Source of the DNA: a virus
Lineage: Duplodnaviria > Caudoviricetes
Virus record (IMG/VR): IMGVR_UViG_3300032038_000012
Coordinates: 32,001 to 96,000 of that record
Direction: 5' to 3' (one strand)
DNA: 64,000 nt
This document shows positions 62,572 to 64,000 of this stretch, piece by piece (positions within the stretch are counted from its first letter, which is position 1; each line of letters starts with the position of its first letter). The translations under genes and the position numbers were made by a program. The notes beneath the pieces are model-generated. The model was not told the DNA's origin, ran no database searches, and saw only the letters and a list, made by a program, of their open reading frames with translations.

Positions 62572-63684
62572 ATTAACTACTTTATATTTGCTTTTAGGTT
62601 TTTCTTCTTCAGGAGGAATTTTTTCAACTAGGGTAACATATCTCAAATGATTTCTATTATTCCCAGATAATGTATCATATCTAATTTTTGAAACTATCCA
62701 CTCATATCCTGGTTTAGGAATAAAACCTAATTCTCCATCAGTGCAATTTCTTTCTTTATATAAATTTGTTGCTCTAACTTTATATTTACATTTTAAATCA
62801 TATTGATATTGTGAATCTCCTGGCTCTAAAATCTCATCCCAACGATCTTTAGGAGGTTGATAATCAAAATTAAATCTTTTTTCATAAATTTCTTTTACAG
62901 GAATATTCTTCATATCAAAAGGTAATATAAAACCATATTTTTCTGTAATACCTAATTCTTTTAAGCATCCCCAAGGAGTTACTATAATTGGAATATGTAA
63001 TAATAATGCTTCTATCATTGTATAACAATACGATTCGGAGTCGCTTAATTGAACTACATAATCGGCTTGCGCAAGCTGAGTATTTATATCTAAAGTTGGT
63101 GGCATATATTTAACATTTGGACTTGGGATTGTTTCTCTACTATTTGTATAAACATACCAAGTATAAGGGATTCCCGCATCATCAAGAGCCTTAGCTAAAG
63201 CACACATTCTTTTATATCCTTTTTCTTTTGTTAATCTAGTTGCGGAAACTAGCTTTAAGATTCTTTTAGGCGGATCTATTGTTATTGGATTGTAACATAA
63301 TTCACAAGGCTTTCCAGATATTTCTGTGAAACTGTCGCATACTGCTTGACTTACTCCAATATATTTTACATATTTAGGTACTTTTGGAGGTTCTATTCCT
63401 TGTGCTTTATAATCAGCATGGATTATCATATAATATTCTTTAGCTTTTACATTGTTAATAATAGGGGCTTGATAGTTGAAAAAGACTTTATCACATTCTA
63501 TTGTTTGTCCTGTTTCATATTTTCTTACATCTACATATTGTTTTAATCTTGCAATTTGATTTTTATCTCCTGAACCGTAGTAAACAACTATATCCCAATT
63601 TTTATACTTTTTACCTAGTTCATAGAACATGTTTTCTACTCCACCTATAACATTTAAGTGGTGAAAATAAAATACGTTTTTCAT
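62557..63684 (-). CDS. Glycosyltransferase, GT-B (family 4-like)
   Basis: IGGVE, IHAD, GVS, YNPI, SATRL..EKG, LSDSESYCYT..EAL (E-x7-E). Confidence 0.8.
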   Translation of the reverse strand: MKNVFYFHHLNVIGGVENMFYELGKKYKNWDIVVYYGSGDKNQIARLKQYVDVRKYETGQTIECDKVFFNYQAPIINNVKAKEYYMIIHADYKAQGIEPPKVPKYVKYIGVSQAVCDSFTEISGKPCELCYNPITIDPPKRILKLVSATRLTKEKGYKRMCALAKALDDAGIPYTWYVYTNSRETIPSPNVKYMPPTLDINTQLAQADYVVQLSDSESYCYTMIEALLLHIPIIVTPWGCLKELGITEKYGFILPFDMKNIPVKEIYEKRFNFDYQPPKDRWDEILEPGDSQYQYDLKCKYKVRATNLYKERNCTDGELGFIPKPGYEWIVSKIRYDTLSGNNRNHLRYVTLVEKIPPEEEKPKSKYKVVNKMDK

Positions 63685-63698
63685 CTAAGCACTCCTTC

Positions 63699-64000
63699 CT
63701 ATTGAATATATTTTCCATCTTTTATATTATTTAAACAAATACCTAATCTCCATTTTCTATGGTCTTCACATACTTGATTTTCACAAGTGAAGTCCATTAA
63801 ATCTGCGGCGTATCTATACATACTAGATTGCCATTTTCCTTGTTGTAAATTTTGATTTTCTTCTCTACTACAAGAATTTGTATTATTTCTATTCCAAACT
63901 ATCATAGGTTCTTTTATACTTACAATAGTTTTTAATTTATCGCAGCATTTTATATGTTGAACCACATCTTCCATTAAAGTGTTCTCAGGGAAAAGTGGAA
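63699..64000 (-). CDS. Partial probable glycosyltransferase family 2 (C-terminal part)
   Basis: Frame open to window edge: PLFPENTLMED...VWNR.N.NS; adjacent to another GT. Confidence 0.5.
   Translation of the reverse strand, partial: PLFPENTLMEDVVQHIKCCDKLKTIVSIKEPMIVWNRNNTNSCSREENQNLQQGKWQSSMYRYAADLMDFTCENQVCEDHRKWRLGICLNNIKDGKYIQ

Noticed and set aside
192-63546. Short antisense and alternate-frame ORFs in the track (e.g. 786..1013, 6093..6527, 38959..39387, 43914..44135, 52393..52737, 63346..63546)
   Set aside because: They overlap well-supported genes, have no evident RBS and mirror sense-strand codon bias or repeats
1-64000. TAG recoding (code 15)
   Set aside because: TAG appears only at plausible gene ends, followed by an RBS/start or a terminator
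1-64000. Suppressor tRNA or release factor gene
   Set aside because: Intergenic gaps are short and accounted for by terminators/promoters; no cloverleaf or RF-like ORF recognised; such genes may lie outside the window

Overview
AT-rich late-gene region of a large siphovirus-type tailed phage of a Gram-positive (Bacillota-like) host. Plus strand, in order: an HTH/Zn-ribbon protein (partial), putative small terminase, TerL, PD-(D/E)XK nuclease, portal, protease/scaffold, capsid and head-tail genes, major tail protein, a 2723-aa tape measure, two paralogous ~1350-aa tail proteins, a lysis block (CHAP amidase, holin, Hint-domain protein, GH25-CW_7-LysM lysin), ~20 kb of fibre/receptor-binding genes and two distal tail/hub genes. 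Minus strand at the right end: a RuvC-like resolvase and two glycosyltransferases. Main result: many ORFs in the supplied track are fragments broken by in-frame TGA. I found 30 such TGA codons in 14 genes. Several align with TGG-Trp in paralogues or internal repeats within this window, and no gene I call ends in TGA, so TGA is read as Trp (code 4-like). The TGA codons are confined to tail-tip/fibre genes, a holin-like gene and the putative regulator. The core head/tail genes (471-23474) and both endolysins use only TGG. Other signals: a bipartite non-sigA promoter-like motif in 8 intergenic regions, Prp-protease-like N-terminal motifs (LNIKRF/A) on four small tail proteins, a C-terminal Hint domain, and apparent enrichment of Chi-like GCGG. 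Functional calls come from motif recognition and gene order only; no database searches were run.
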